The position numbers and the translations under genes were made by a program. A stretch of 63,279 nt of DNA, counting the filler, from Reticulomyxa filosa (lineage: Eukaryota; Protista; Foraminifera), in assembly GCA_000512085.1 (NCBI GenBank). It is 13 parts of 13 records of this genome, joined end to end, with 100 filler letters (N's around TTAATTAATTAA, not from the genome) between each part and the next. Parts side by side here need not be neighbours in the genome. Positions count along the whole stretch, not along the records: positions 13,623 to 16,503 come from ASPP01019738.1; positions 16,604 to 22,282 come from ASPP01027855.1; positions 22,383 to 25,480 come from ASPP01006557.1; positions 25,581 to 33,032 come from ASPP01045600.1; 9 more parts are not named here. One strand, given 5' to 3'. The notes beneath the pieces were generated by a model. It ran no database searches. It was not told where the DNA came from and worked only from the letters and a program-made list of their open reading frames with translations. Each line of letters starts with the position of its first letter. The first letter of the stretch is position 1. Positions 13,670-27,323 of this stretch are shown piece after piece.

Positions 13670-16145
13670 AGTCAAAGTTATTGCATGTTGTTATAGAAAC
13701 GCTGATCGTCGTTTTTTGGTGGAGTGTAGTTTCATTGTCGTCGTGATGGAATTTGTGATGACTTGCAGTTTATGCGTCTTATTATAATCCGCATACAAAT
13801 TGGCAAATAAAGTATAATCACTGCGTCAGCCAAGTCAATGATAGAATGGTCCAAGAAGAGTCTATGGAGTGGTTGAGTCTGTTCGAAATATGCTAATTGA
13901 CAGAATTCGTCCACAATTGAAGGTTATATCCATCAAAGTATATACGCTCAAGTAGACCGCGTTATGGACGTAATATAATGATCATGGCAAAGCCTGCAGT
14001 GTCACAATTTTTTTACCAATATACGTCCAAGCCAACTTATGTTCAATGGGTTTCCACTTTTTTGCAGACGCCAATACATGGAATATACTTATTGTGATCC
14101 AATCTCAAGTCGTTCGTTTTTTTTGTTAGAACTGATGACACAATTTGTATGAGTACCTGCGATTTCATATCACGTTATGGAAAATTTTACTAACAATCTC
14201 TTCTCCGACAAACTCTCCAGCTCCACAACCTACAAGCATTTCCTAAAATCAATCAAGACACCACAAGCCAACACAGTTGCTAGTAATAAAGGCAGCATAC
14301 CATCCAGTTCCATTGGTCCAAGTATTAATCTGAATACTTCATTTATTGAAGAAAGACCGCTATCCGAACAACAAATTGCGCTTCCAGGCTCTTTGCAACC
14401 ATCAACTTGCAGTTCTATTACGTCCACAATTGCCGATATAATAGGAACACTTGTTGGCCATACTTCTGAGATCATCTTCAATTTGCAACGACGCAGGATC
14501 TCAATTGTTGCAGCATTGGAGCATCTTCACAAATCGAACATTGCCTCCAAGATGTCATATCGAGACGCGAATGGGCAATCATCGCTCCAATCAAGTAATC
14601 CCCTTTGCAAAAGGTGAAATCAATGGCATAACGAAAGTGGTTGCAGTTAGTGTCGATACGTACAAAAAAGCCAAGTTTTTTCATATAACCGATCGAAATG
14701 GATCCGAGAACTTCCTCTTTCATCAACATCATCGATTCCCTCCACAATAATCTCCAATTGATGCGTTATTATTTGGCTCTTCGCGTGTGATGTAGATTGA
14801 AGAATCCAAAAGATTTATGTTTACATGAAACATTGTAATTGAAAGCGCTAGGAATTATCGACAAGTTCCCAAAGCAGAGTTGCATATAATACTCATTCCA
14901 TTTGCAGACTGTACCTTGGTTGTTGCGCGCAAGTACTGAATTCTTGGATGTGTGAAAAGCATCAGATAGTATTGGCAATATTGTAGATACTTGAGTTGTG
15001 TAAGTATCCTCAATAATAGCGTGCTATTTATTGCTTCTGCTACCCAAATTATCTCCTCTCCAAATTGTGTCGCCATGAACAGTCAAACATTGAACATAAC
15101 TAACATGGCAATTCATTGATATTGTCGTCGAATATAGTGTTATTAGACAAAGACATTGCAAGGGAAAATGGCCTGAACACAGTTGGCAATTCAATGTACA
15201 ATTTTGTATGTACAAATAAATAAGATAGACAATTGGAAACTGATCAACAAATTGATTAAGTATCGTTTAAGGAGCAAGCCACAATCACATTGCTGGTCAT
15301 AAATATAATTGCATTACGAGTCGCCAACGAGTATGAATGAAACAATGTAAATTCACATATCCGTTGTAACACTGTTAGTATCCAGACCAGCATTCTCGGA
15401 ATATCGCAAAGACTGGTTGCTTCATGGTTAGGTCCACACATTAACACATGCAACCCAAGAAAAAAACAAGAAGACAAAAAAAAAAAGCACAAACGTCGAC
15501 TTGAAGAATAGCAGCCACTATTTAAAAAGGTCAGTGTGAATATATGTTGTTTGTGTCATACTTTCAGTTGTTGAAATATGCATCAACCAAGGCAATGCAA
15601 ACATAGATCCCTTTATTGTGAAGCACTTTAGTTTTGGTTTGGAGTGAGTGAAAGAGAAACATGAGGTTGATTGGAAGAAAAAAAGACTAAAATGTGGATC
15701 AATAATTTTAGGAATGTATGTATCGACTACTTCAAACAACATGACAAGTAGCAATTGACCGCGTGTAAGAGGAACGACGACAATGACAATGTACCAGTGC
15801 AAGAAGTACAAACATATTTTGAGAAGCAAGGCGTGTCCACGTCCATATAGAGACAAAGTGGATAAAAGAGAATCGACACAATACATCACTGGGAGATTAT
15901 GGATGATACGTATGTAATCGAAGTATAAGTGGCAATGGAGTTTTATGTGTTCTGTAATCACAACAAATAACATTCACTCCAGTTATAATGTGCATCATTT
16001 ACCCAAGTACCCGTGGTTGCATATTATGTTGTATGTGGTTTCCAATGCCACACACACATTAGAGATGCAAATTGGGTATGACTTGGATGTCAATTTGGTG
16101 GAGAATATTCAAATTGTGGATTATTGCAATTCGTTTGGTAATTGA
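13670..16145 (+). pseudogene. Long degenerate gene remnant, unknown family
   Basis: About 2.5 kb of higher-GC coding-like sequence with overlapping ORFs in shifted frames (14177-14617, 14451-14750) and many stops. Confidence 0.3.
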
Positions 16146-16603
16146 ATCGTTTTCTCAATACAAAAAAAATCTGTTTATCGTCGTCCAGATAAAATTGACA
16201 AGAAATGACTAGATTACTTCATTAAAGTGAAACTGTAACTGTTTTGTCTTTCTTTTTTAATTTGTCCAAATCACTTTTTTAATAAATACATTTGCTTGTT
16301 CGTGTGTTCTCAAAATTGATGATAGCGAATTAATTTGTTTTTTGTCATTAAATTGACAGGGACTAGTGGAATTAATGGTAAACCAGGTGATGAAACCACA
16401 AACAAAGGAAAATACGTATAAAATATTGACGCATTGTCATTGGGTGATTGAATGTATTAACAAACGAAAAGACGAAAAAATCACTCGTAGGAAACATGGA
16501 CGCNNNNNNNNNNNNNNNNNNNNNNNNNNNNNNNNNNNNNNNNNNNNTTAATTAATTAANNNNNNNNNNNNNNNNNNNNNNNNNNNNNNNNNNNNNNNNN
16601 NNN

Positions 16604-16667
16604 AATCAATCAATTAATCAATCAATTAATCAATCAATCAATTAGTCAATCAGTCAATCGATCAATT
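16604..16667 (+). repeat. (AATC)n tetranucleotide microsatellite
   Basis: Imperfect aatc/aatt/agtc tandem units. Confidence 0.9.
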
Positions 16668-16956
16668 GAAAAAAAAAAAAAAAGTAACTTGTCTCTTTTG
16701 TTTTTCTTTTTCAAGTCTTATGTTGATTAGCTTTAGCTTGTCAGCATCTGAAGTCGAGTTGCGTCTAACCAAAGATATTTTTGCCTTTGAAATGCTTTGT
16801 GGCTGCAAGCTCGAATAAGGAATCTGTTTGTTTGATCAATTTTGCCAAGCATGGTGTGTGTATGTATGTGTGTTACACCATATATCCTTAAAAAAAAAAA
16901 AAAATTGTTTAGTGAGGTTGGCTTGTTCTTTCGTTCTTCTTGCTCTTCTCACACTC

Positions 16957-17244
16957 TCACTTTTTTATCCTTGCAACACTGTTAAGGACATAAGATAGCC
17001 TAACATGCTCTGACACGCAGAACTCATTGGATGGATGTTGCCCTGTACCCAATGGTGAAGAAGAAGAAGACGAATCATTTGACAGCGTGTTCTTCTCGGT
17101 TGCTGTGTCGGAGATCATGTCTTCAATAAAGGGCTTCCCTTTCGACTGCAGTCTGTCCGAGTCTTCACTGTCGCCACCATCACCACGGCTTTTGGATAGT
17201 TCCAAAGTGGACAACGCCACTTCTTGCAAATCAAATGCATTCAA
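16957..17244 (-). CDS. Hypothetical Ser/acidic-rich protein exon
   Basis: 95-aa coding-like ORF flanked by poly-A/T intron-like sequence. Confidence 0.35.
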   Translation of the reverse strand: MNAFDLQEVALSTLELSKSRGDGGDSEDSDRLQSKGKPFIEDMISDTATEKNTLSNDSSSSSSPLGTGQHPSNEFCVSEHVRLSYVLNSVARIKK

Positions 17245-18089
17245 CTTTTACCAATTTTTTTTTTTTTTGGATTTGTGTATATGATTTTTTTTGTTTGTTT
17301 TCTTTGGTTTTTGATTGGTTGCAAAGAGTTCACTGTGGTCATCTAAACAACTCATATTCTTTCGTATTACATTTGTTACATCTCAAATATTTTTGATTGG
17401 GTGAAAAAAACCTCTCGCCACTTTTTTTTTTTGCTCATGTGCCAATCATTACAAAAAAATAAAAAGAAAAATTTGAATTCCTTCGCAGACATTTTTTTTT
17501 TTGTGTACTTTAAATTCGACCTGTTCTGTGGCTTGAGTCTGGTTTAGATGTCTGTCTTTCACTATCTTAGAATTTTCTGATGGTGGTAATGTACGTACGT
17601 CTTCCTTGTTTTCGCTTGACTTCAAGGGTATTTGCTGTGATATTATGGATGCATGTTATTAAAATGTGATGGAACAAAGTCAAAAGTCAATAAATGCATA
17701 CAATTGTCTCTTGTGACATGAGGCGATTCAAATCGGTGCCTATTCCCTTAAATGAAAAACGAGTGAACCGGTTAACACATTTTCCTGTGAGAACACCAAA
17801 CTATGACGCTCAACGAAGACGACATAAATTTAAAATTTTGTTGATAAATACTTTACAAATTGGAAAATCTGCAAAAAAAAAAATGAGAAACTAGGCTTGC
17901 TGATAGATTATATTTATACATGCAAACAAAAAAAGCAATTCAACTGTTGCATTTTTCTAAAATGTCAGAGGCACTATGCACGGCTGTGGGAAAAAAGTGA
18001 GCAGAAAATACCTCATAAAAATTGATTTGATTACGTCGTTAATTTTGAGACCCGAAAAGTTTGAACAGTCGAGATCCAGTAGAAAAAAA

Positions 18090-18820
18090 ATGGCAACTCC
18101 AAAAGTTGGGTAGGATTTTTGACTATTTTCAAGCCACGCACAAGGATAAAATAAAACACTAGGAAGACAATAACGTCAATATAAAAACAAATATAGCAAA
18201 CAATTGCACAAACGGACCCACTTTCACCAAAAGAGACCCCAAGACGTCGTTCTCAAATATGTGAGTAAAACAACATTATTATTATTATTTTTTTTTTTTG
18301 GAAATCAAACGAACCAACAAAAATAATAATTTGAAACGTTTAAAAAAAAAAAAATGCATTGGAGAGAATCGAATGTGCATTAGAAAGATTGAATTCTTTA
18401 TCTTCTGATCCAATGATGACTGACGACAACACGCTTGAAAAAGAAGAAGAAGCAAAAGCATTAAAAAACCATTTTGACATGGCTAAATATGCTTCAGATG
18501 ATACTCAACAGAACAAAAATCAACAACAATTAAACACTTCTATCAATACTACGCCGGCTAAAGCTTCACAACAGACCAGCCCAAAACGGCCAGAAACAAG
18601 CAAAGTTGAGAATGATGCATCAAAATTAGCGACTGTATCTGGCTCAATGAGCTCTCAAGTAAACAAATCACCTGGCTCAATCCAACTTGAAGCTTTGGAG
18701 GCTAAAAAACAGGAATTGACGCCCTCAAAAAAACTCAAAATCAAAAAGCGGCTAACAAAAGTGAAAAATTTTTTCAGAAGCTTTACCAAAAAGAAAAAAG
18801 AAATGGTAAATACTTCATAA
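18090..18820 (+). CDS. Hypothetical low-complexity protein with basic C-terminus (probably 3 exons)
   Basis: 153-aa terminal ORF (18359-18820) with plausible upstream exons and a GTGAGT donor at ~18261. Confidence 0.45.
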
Positions 18821-19378
18821 ATTTAGTAGTAGCATTTTTAAGTTTTATCAATTGTACAACACACACAAACGGGAACACTTTTGACACTTGTTCAAAAGTG
18901 AAAATATATAGTAGTAACGTTGTTGTATAGTTTCTCTAAAATCACACTTCGTGTAGTAATTGTATTAGGGGTTTTAAAATTGTTAATTGTACTTACAACT
19001 TATGTTTTCCACAGCGGGTAAAAAATTTCTGGCGTGACAAAAAAAACAAAACAAATTTAATAATCCACTCAATGGTTTCTAAACAAATTAAAAATCATGA
19101 GTGCAAAAAAAAAGTATTTTTTGTAAATGTACATACACACGACTATTCTTGATCAGTACACGATAAATATTGGAATTTTTTCGTCAAAAAGAGATTTTTT
19201 GTTTAATTTACAATACATACACAGTTTTCAAATCCAAACTCAAAAAATATTTTTTTTGTAAACAAGTGAAACGTACGTCGGAGTAGGAAGTTTAGAAACC
19301 TTTTTTTTCTTTTTTAAAGCTTGCTTGTTGTTCAATCGTTAATTGTGAAAAATAATTGCTGTTGATCTAAAAAAAAAA

Positions 19379-20410
19379 ATGAGTGAGAGTAATGAAAGCC
19401 CACCCAAGCACACAACAGAAAATGTAAATGATGAAAAACATCAGCAAGAAGAAACGTCGTTTACTTCAACGAATGAAGCAGAACATGCAAAAAACGAAGA
19501 TGTACAGAAAAAAACTAAGACATAAGAAGAAATAGAAACAAAGAACATTGGAAGTCTAACTGAGAAACTGAGATATTTCAATTTAACGTGGATATCGCAC
19601 AACTGATGTAGTATTTTTTTTTTAAGAAATTTCTTTACGAGAAGATTTCGCAAAAAAAAAACGTATGTACGTATAACTAAAAAAAAATATGTGGATAAAA
19701 AAAACACAAACACATACTTATGATAAAAAAATAGTTTAGCTATTAATGCTATTTTGCTCTGATGAAATTTTGATAGAGTTAATAGCAAATACTAGTGATG
19801 AGCTAAAAATAAGATGATAGTCATTAACGAACCCCGAAGTGTTTGATGATGATAAAGAACTTAAATTTGAAATTTTACCGATACCGATGAAAAGTTGTTG
19901 ATAATGATAGATACTGGGATCGGGATGACGAAAGAGCTTGTAAAAAACATTGGAACAATTTCACGAAGTGGCGCAAACAATTTATGAAAGCAATATCTGT
20001 AGGAGCAGAAATTTTTAGAATATGACAGTTTAGTGTTGGGTTTTAAATTGACTATTTGGTCAGTGAGCGCGTGATAGTGAGAAAAAACATGATGATGGCG
20101 AACAATACGTGTGGAAAGTACAGCAAGCGCAATGTCAGGGTTCGTAATGAGAGCGATAACCTGTACAAGATAAAACGGGGAACTGATTTATACTTTTACT
20201 TAAAAGATGACTGCGCAAACTCTATAAAGAGAAAACTGTAAAAGATGTTGACAAAGATAAAGCGGAAGTGGAATGATCGATAATAATAAAAAAAAATTAA
20301 AAAAAAAAGAATGAGAACTGCTTAACAAGAAGAAGACCACTTGTGTCAAAAAGCAGGAAGAAGTATTAAATGAGGAATATGCAGCATCCTATAAGTCAAT
20401 TAGCAACTAA
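19379..20410 (+). pseudogene. HSP90: HSP90 N-terminal ATPase-domain pseudogene (unprocessed)
   Basis: Co-linear HSP90 remnants EIFQFNVDIAQLM, IDTGIGMTKELVKNIGTISRSG, YLVSERVIVR, IKRGTDLYFYLKDD and NEEYAASYKSISN, broken by many stops and frameshifts. An intron remnant lies at ~19611-19734. Confidence 0.9.
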
Positions 20411-20556
20411 CAGCTCAAAAGCTTCGGTTCAAAAATGGATGTCATTGTATGCGTTTATGTTGGGGAATGCATTGACATCCACGAAGAATTGGGTAAAAAA
20501 CGAATGCTGGAAAGGGGATCAGGACATTTATTATATATGAGCAGTATCAGCTGCCT

Positions 20557-21190
20557 TTGGACTACAGTGCAAGGGTTATCTGGCGTGAGCTGTCTGAGGA
20601 ACGTGGTGAAGTTCAATCATTTATCGCAAAGAAAGATGGAGGCAATACGCAAACGTCGATTACTACAGTGAGTTCGAGTACGTCGCCGAAAGACGCAGCT
20701 ACTAGCTTGCTGTTGGACACAGTGACGAACATTAGCAAAATGCTGATGGCGGGCAAGGTTAAAGGCGATCGGGTGACAATCAGTACGACTGTGGTCAATG
20801 TATGACTATCATCACGTGCCCGACGCGCACGCGTGTCGTGTTGCAATGTGGCAACGACGTGCAAATGTCCGTCGAAATACTGCACTTGATGACAGATGCT
20901 TCCTTGGGAGTCGACTACGTCGTGCAAACTTGGCTGTTGGAAGTATAAGGCATCGACCTTAGCAATAGCATTGCCTTTCAAAGTTCGTATGTCAATACTA
21001 ACGTGGTTACCCCCCCTTTTCAAATCATTCTTCTTCTAATGAAAGATAAAGTAATATTATCAGACCGCAATCTGTACAAACTCGACGCAAACGGCACCGG
21101 ACGCTTTGTGTGCAACGTGATGGACAACGCCCAAGTCATGTGTGCGTACCACAACATAACGTACTTTTGCGCTTTTCAAGTGGTGGTATT
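20557..21190 (+). pseudogene. Possible GAIN/GPS-region (PKD1/adhesion-receptor-like) remnant
   Basis: LLDTVTNISKMLMAGKVKGDRVTIST and VCNV...VMCAYHNITYFCAF weakly resemble GAIN and GPS (CxCxHLTxF) segments; the region is frameshifted. Confidence 0.2.
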
Positions 21191-22382
21191 TGCATTGTTG
21201 CCATTAGTGGATTCTTCTTCGGTGCTTTCAGTCATAAAGTTTAATCTTTTTTTCTAACTCTTTGCTGTTTACTTTCAATTTTTTTTCTCCCTTTTTTTTT
21301 AGGATTACAAAAGACTTGGGTATAATGATCTATACGTTGTTGATCCAAGTCTATGACTTGCTGCTTTAAGAGGTAATAGAAAAATGAACACATTGAAGAA
21401 GGCCAGGCAAGAGATAACAGCGTTGATTATCATTATCACCGACGCACGACCACTGGCCATGGTGCGTCCATCACTGCCAACTTTGGCCCCACGATCGAAC
21501 TTACCTCGCGCGACTTGGCGCTCCCCAAACAAGTTCAAGCACTCCAAGTCGCCTCTAGTCACACGCAAGAGGACATCGCAGTGCAGACGAGAGATTCCTC
21601 AAATTAACACTCCTTCTTCCCATTTACTCCGAATGATCGATCATTTCTACTCTGATAAATATTACTGGAGAACCAATATAACCTCATTTACAACAAATTC
21701 AAAAAAACCACATACAAATATCACACCTTATCGGTGAAACAATTGAAAAATCAAAGTTATTTCACATACACCATATATAAATATATATATGTACATATTA
21801 TATGCATACGTATGATATGCTAAATGTGGACTGACGTTTGCTTGAATAAACAGACTTGTCATTGTTTGAAAAATATTTGTTTCGTCTGCATTACGACAGA
21901 AGATTTACGAACGTCGCTATCGATTTTATAGCTAGTGTCATTATGTGGCATGGGTGATTGTGATAGTATGGTGTTCGGTGGGCGCGTTTTTGACCATGTT
22001 TTATGTGGTTCGCCGCAATGTGGAAATTGACGGTGAAATGAATATATAGTTCATCAGTGTCGTCCCAATGTACCGACAACGTATCGGTCCAGAATTAACT
22101 TTGATATCACGCAAAAGGCTATTAGTACTTTTATTAAAAGTATTGACACGGGGAATATTACTAATATAAATGACTTAGTTACGAGTTGGGAATTAACTGT
22201 AGTCGATAGTTAGCTGTTAAATTGCTTTTTTTTCATATTTGTTGGGATTGATGGTCTGGCAACCCTTTTTTCGCTTTTTGTGNNNNNNNNNNNNNNNNNN
22301 NNNNNNNNNNNNNNNNNNNNNNNNNNTTAATTAATTAANNNNNNNNNNNNNNNNNNNNNNNNNNNNNNNNNNNNNNNNNNNN

Positions 22383-22419
<37 letters not shown>

Positions 22420-22422
<3 letters not shown>

Positions 22423-23672
22423 AAAGAAAAAGAAGGAAATGAACCTGCTTTGAAGAAGAGACGATTAAATACGGATACAATAGCGTCTCAAGAGGACGCA
22501 AACATGGAGGACAAGGCAGTTAAGAGTGAGACACATGATAATTCGAATAGCGATAAAAAGCCAGTCCATTTGCTGGATGAATTAGTGCAAGGCTTGAAGA
22601 AGCCCAGTCGACGATCGAAAAAAACAGACGACCTTATCTCGGCCGACGATGCCACCAAAGCTCTTTTGGACCAACTCATGGCCGATATGGCCGAAGCTGC
22701 AAAAAAAGACTGGCAATGCAATAAAGCAAAACAACCCGCCACACACATGCTTCGAATGTTGGATCGAGTCAAAAGCGAATTGCAAAAGTTGAACAGCAAT
22801 AATACTCGAATGCATAAACATATATATGTATATATATATATATATATATTGATATAACGTTTGATTTGGGTTGCAACCACAATTCAAACAAACAAACAAA
22901 ATTACAGAAAACATTATTTCAAATTACTTTTGGATGAAGGAATGCTGGACAGATTACGAGACTGGTTACATCCATTTCCAGACGGATCATTGCCACCACA
23001 AAAAATTCGGGATGAATTATTACCGATCATCGATGCCTTTCCTTTGCACAAAGAAGACGACTTGAACGAATATTTGACTACCAGCGCCGAGAAAGCTCGG
23101 GATACTGCGTACCAAGAAGAGCTTTTACCCAATCGAAAGGGGTTTGCTGAGACCATTATGAATCTATGGGCGTCCAAATACGAGTCCAGAGAAAATAAGC
23201 AATTGCTGCATGGAATGATCAATGTCTGTGTGTTGTGTGTTATACAAAGAGTCAATCTTTCACAATTCCAAATTTAACCACTTGTCCATTGCAATGTTGT
23301 GATGCCACTTTTGCACAGAAATGGATGTATAAGATTGAAAACGCCAATGTTGACTATGGAGAAATTCGAGATGAACTAGGAGAAAGAAAAGCCGAGATCA
23401 TGCAACGCAGGGATATTCTACAAAGGCAAAAACAAGACTTTGATTCTGGACCACGCAAGCGAGCGAGAGTGCCGGAAAAAGCGTGGTTTGACTTTGCTGT
23501 GATCCCTCGCTCCAGAATCGACGAATCCGAAAGTGGCGGGCCAGCAGCAAATCGGGCAAATGTCAAAAAATCCAAGTTTGCTTCACTTGACGAACGACTT
23601 CATAAAAAAAAAGGTGCAACTGCCAAGAAAGTTGGTCCGTCTGTCAGTGGAAGGTTGAGTTTGAAAGGATAA
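22420..23672 (+). CDS. IWS1: Transcription elongation factor IWS1/Spn1 homologue (5' partial; introns 22788-22907, 23224-23318)
   Basis: MAEAAKKDWQCNKAKQPATHMLRML, LLDEGMLDRLRDWLHPFPDGSLP, ESRENKQLL..MINKW and RARVPEKAWFDFAVIPRS match the IWS1 TFIIS-N domain and C-terminal motifs; both introns are phase-compatible. Confidence 0.9.
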
Positions 23673-24257
23673 ATTAAAGATGCCGTTGATTGTTCGATAC
23701 TGCCACAAATACAAACAACTCTTTTTTTTTTTTTTGACAAATTAACAATTTAAACAATAATCAGCTTCAAAAACATTCCCTTGACAAATAAAATTGAAGT
23801 TCATTTATGCTATTGATTCTCCATATCACCTATTTGACTCTGGTTTTATTGCATTCTTTGCTGAAAATAGCTTAACACTTTTTAGGAATATCAAAAAAAT
23901 CAACTATTTTTTCTGCTGATGTAGGTCAAGTATTGCCATCAAAGTAACATACGCCATTTCAGTTTTTAAGTGTGCTTAATGGCAATTGATAAACGAAACT
24001 TCAATAGATAAGCGAATAACACTAAATCAAATAGCTATTTAAATTGTTTAAAAAGATATATAGGTTGCATATTTTGCACTAAAGATAATTATTTCCTTGA
24101 AGAATATATAGTTAGTGTCATTTTTTTTTTGTAAGAAAAACGTTTTAAACAAGTTCAAAACTGCAACGTAACAAAAAAAGAACTCAACAAGCTTTTTAAA
24201 AAAACAAAGCAGTTTTACTTTTCAAAATAAGAAGCTCTTGCTCCTGATTAGGCATTA

Positions 24258-25397
24258 ATGTCTTCATACGGGTCATATCGTCCGCGTGGGTACTCGCAAT
24301 GGAGAGGCGACTCTGGCGGCAATAGGGAAGAGGCGTTTGACACAACATACGGCCGAGGACGTGGACGTGGCCGCGGAAACAGAGGTGGTCGAGGGCGTGG
24401 TACATATGAAGAAGTATTTAACTGTGGTTTCAACAACCATTATGACGGACACCGAAAATACTACGACGAAAACGGTTATCGTGGGAGAGGTGGGGGTAGA
24501 GGATTTCGTGGCCGTGGTCAAAATCATAGAGCTAGAGGAGGAGTTTTGTTTTCAATGTTTTTAAAATTGGCTTTCGTTCAATCTTGCACTTTTTTTTTTT
24601 TTTTTTTTTGAGTTATTTGGAGTTTGGAAAAGGAAAGAGGAAAAAACATAAAATGTAATCAATAAAACAGAAAAACGTCGCAAGATTCCATGATACATCT
24701 AATGAAGGATTAAATCGACAAGTACTTTCATTGAACCAAGATCAGCCTGGTAGGCCATGTTGAAACAAATTTATTTGTTTGTGTGTGCTTTTTTTTTTTT
24801 TTTTTTTTTTTAAGAACGTTAATAAAAATGAATGCACATACCTCAACACAACTTGAATGGCAGGACCAAAGCAAATTAAAGTATTGAAATTCAACTCAAG
24901 CCAATGGGAAGCTGTAGAGTCATTAACCAAAGGAAACTTTTATTTTTATAATCGTCATGAGAAAGGAGATCCAACGTTAAATAAAACAAAAAAAAAAAAA
25001 GTTGGCTCTTGCAATACAGCGCATACGCACACACACACACAATATATACATGTTTTTGTTTCTCCGTATTTTGTTTGTTTGTTTGTTTGTTTAAAAATAA
25101 CATTCCTGTGAAAAACAAAAATAAAAACACTACAAATGTAGCAAAAACAAGCCGGAAGAATTAGCAAACAGTAAACCAGTGAAAACCGAATATCGACCTT
25201 ACACTGCGCCTTATGCGACACGTCCAAAGTGTTGGCCTAAAGACGTGGAAACGATTACACTGAAAACGAACTCATTTTCAGTGACCGGCAAAATCCTAGA
25301 AACGGAAGTTCATCAATTCGAAGTTCTCTTTACTCCACAAATCGATCCTGAAAATGCAACGTTCCGAGAAAAAGTGGTGCTGGGATCGAACTTGTAC
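24258..25397 (+). CDS. Argonaute/PIWI family protein, N-terminal part (truncated by contig end)
   Basis: RG/RGG-rich N-terminus followed by YATRP...ITLKTNSFSV....EVHQFEVLFTPQI, which resembles the Argonaute N-domain entry (RP..G..I.L..N.F....YxYxVxxxP). PAZ and PIWI domains are not visible. Confidence 0.65.
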
Positions 25398-25589
25398 GTA
25401 TAGTCTATATTTATAAATGTATATCTTACTTTTATATATAAATATATACATATATATATATATATATTATTTTTTTTTTTNNNNNNNNNNNNNNNNNNNN
25501 NNNNNNNNNNNNNNNNNNNNNNNNTTAATTAATTAANNNNNNNNNNNNNNNNNNNNNNNNNNNNNNNNNNNNNNNNNNNNAAAAAAATA

Positions 25590-25623
<34 letters not shown>

Positions 25624-25697
25624 ATTATGTTACACATGGATCATATCACATATGTACACATATATGCACTTTTTTTTTTAAAGAGAAAAAAAAAACT

Positions 25698-26884
25698 ACC
25701 GGAAACAATACAAAGCCAAGACCAAACGAAGTTATATTTTTCCGGTGTTGGAATAAACAATAAGATTTTGGTCGATACACTAACCAGCGATAGTAGCAGA
25801 GATAATACGGATATTGCATCCGAGTCATCGTATAGCAGTAGAGCAGTTATTTGCAACAACGCTTGAGGGATTGCTGTCCTTTTCCGGGATCATTCATTCA
25901 TGCACATACAATACATATAAATGTACATACACATATATGTATATGCAAATGTATATATGTATATATAGTAGTATAATGACAATACAAACATATCACAAAC
26001 TCTCAGGCACCTTCGAAAACAGATTCAAAGATGAACCCCGTCTTATTATTATTGTCATTGTCATATTTGTTATATGTAATTATTATTTATTTGTTGTTAT
26101 GAACATTAGCCACGTTACATTGCGCGTATTCCAGTTGTCCGAGTCGTAGCATTGCATTTTGGCAATGTTTCCAAAAAAATCAAGCAAAGCACAAAAAAAA
26201 AAAAAAAAAAAAAATCAAAGAAAAAAAATTGTTGTTGTTGTTGTTGTTATTGTCGTGATCAGCACTCTGAAAAAGATCGAAACACAAACAAAATAAATTT
26301 AAATGAACATGTTCATAAAGCTTTCGTTCGATCCATCTATTGTTTTTTTTTTTTTTTTAATAAAAAAAAAAAATGTTATTATTTTCTTTAGTTTTGATAG
26401 TAATTGTTGAGAAATGCACGCACAGTATGATACAGTATATATATGTATACATTCAAACATGCACATAAAAGGTCGCGCGCATGCATATGCATAAAGTACA
26501 TGATGTGCGCGTAAGTAGGACGACTTACTTTTGTATCTTAAAGCCACTGAGGGATGGCTCTGGCCTTGCGCAAAAGTCCAGTTTTATCATGACGGGTGCA
26601 AGGCAGGATTCTTCTCTTGTGAAAAATAGCAGAAAAGGTATAAACCAAGAAAACGGAAGCACGAGAATGAACCACATTATTCGACTCAATATCGACTTGT
26701 GCGCACAAAATTGAATTGCAAATGTCAGACAATGCATCAATTGTGCGAATGCTAGAATCCCTATGCTTGCGTAAAAAAATTTCAATTTGCCCTGTTCATG
26801 AAAATTTATCAATATGTACATATCTGTCAACGTATCTGCCACATATATCACTATTGTTGTTACGTCATACGACGTATTCAACAT
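25698..26884 (-). CDS. XK-related (XKR-like) multi-pass membrane protein, multi-exon, 3' truncated
   Basis: IYVADTLTDMYILINF (XK TM1 DxxTD motif); spliced GFIFESVFE-AIPQALLQ matches the XK ExxxExxPQxxLQ motif; followed by SLLLSLVSVS. Confidence 0.75.
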
Positions 26885-27323
26885 TCGCTCACATACACCG
26901 TACGAGGAAGTGTCTGTTTGTTTTGTTTTTTTTATCCTTGTCTATTTTTTTAACCAAGAGCTTTGATGAAAGGATAAAATGATATAAAAAGTACAAGTTT
27001 CTGGAGTTGTCATCAAACCACAATTTATTTCCTCGATATGCCTCGTGAATTTTGTCACAAAAATTAAAAATTTTTTTGCTTTTCCTTTTTTTTTTGAATT
27101 TTTTTTACACTCTATTGCCAGGGCTATAAGAGTGAAGAAAAGTTTCCCAATAAGTTTACATCGTAGCTCATCAATATATAAGCTTGAACAAATCGTATGC
27201 ATATAACGTACTTTTTTATTAATTTCAATGGTACGCACAGCCCAGAATTGAAAAAAACGTTGGTCAATCAATATTGACCTTTTTTAACTGTTGTTTTAAA
27301 AGGTCACTTTTAAAAAAAAAGGA

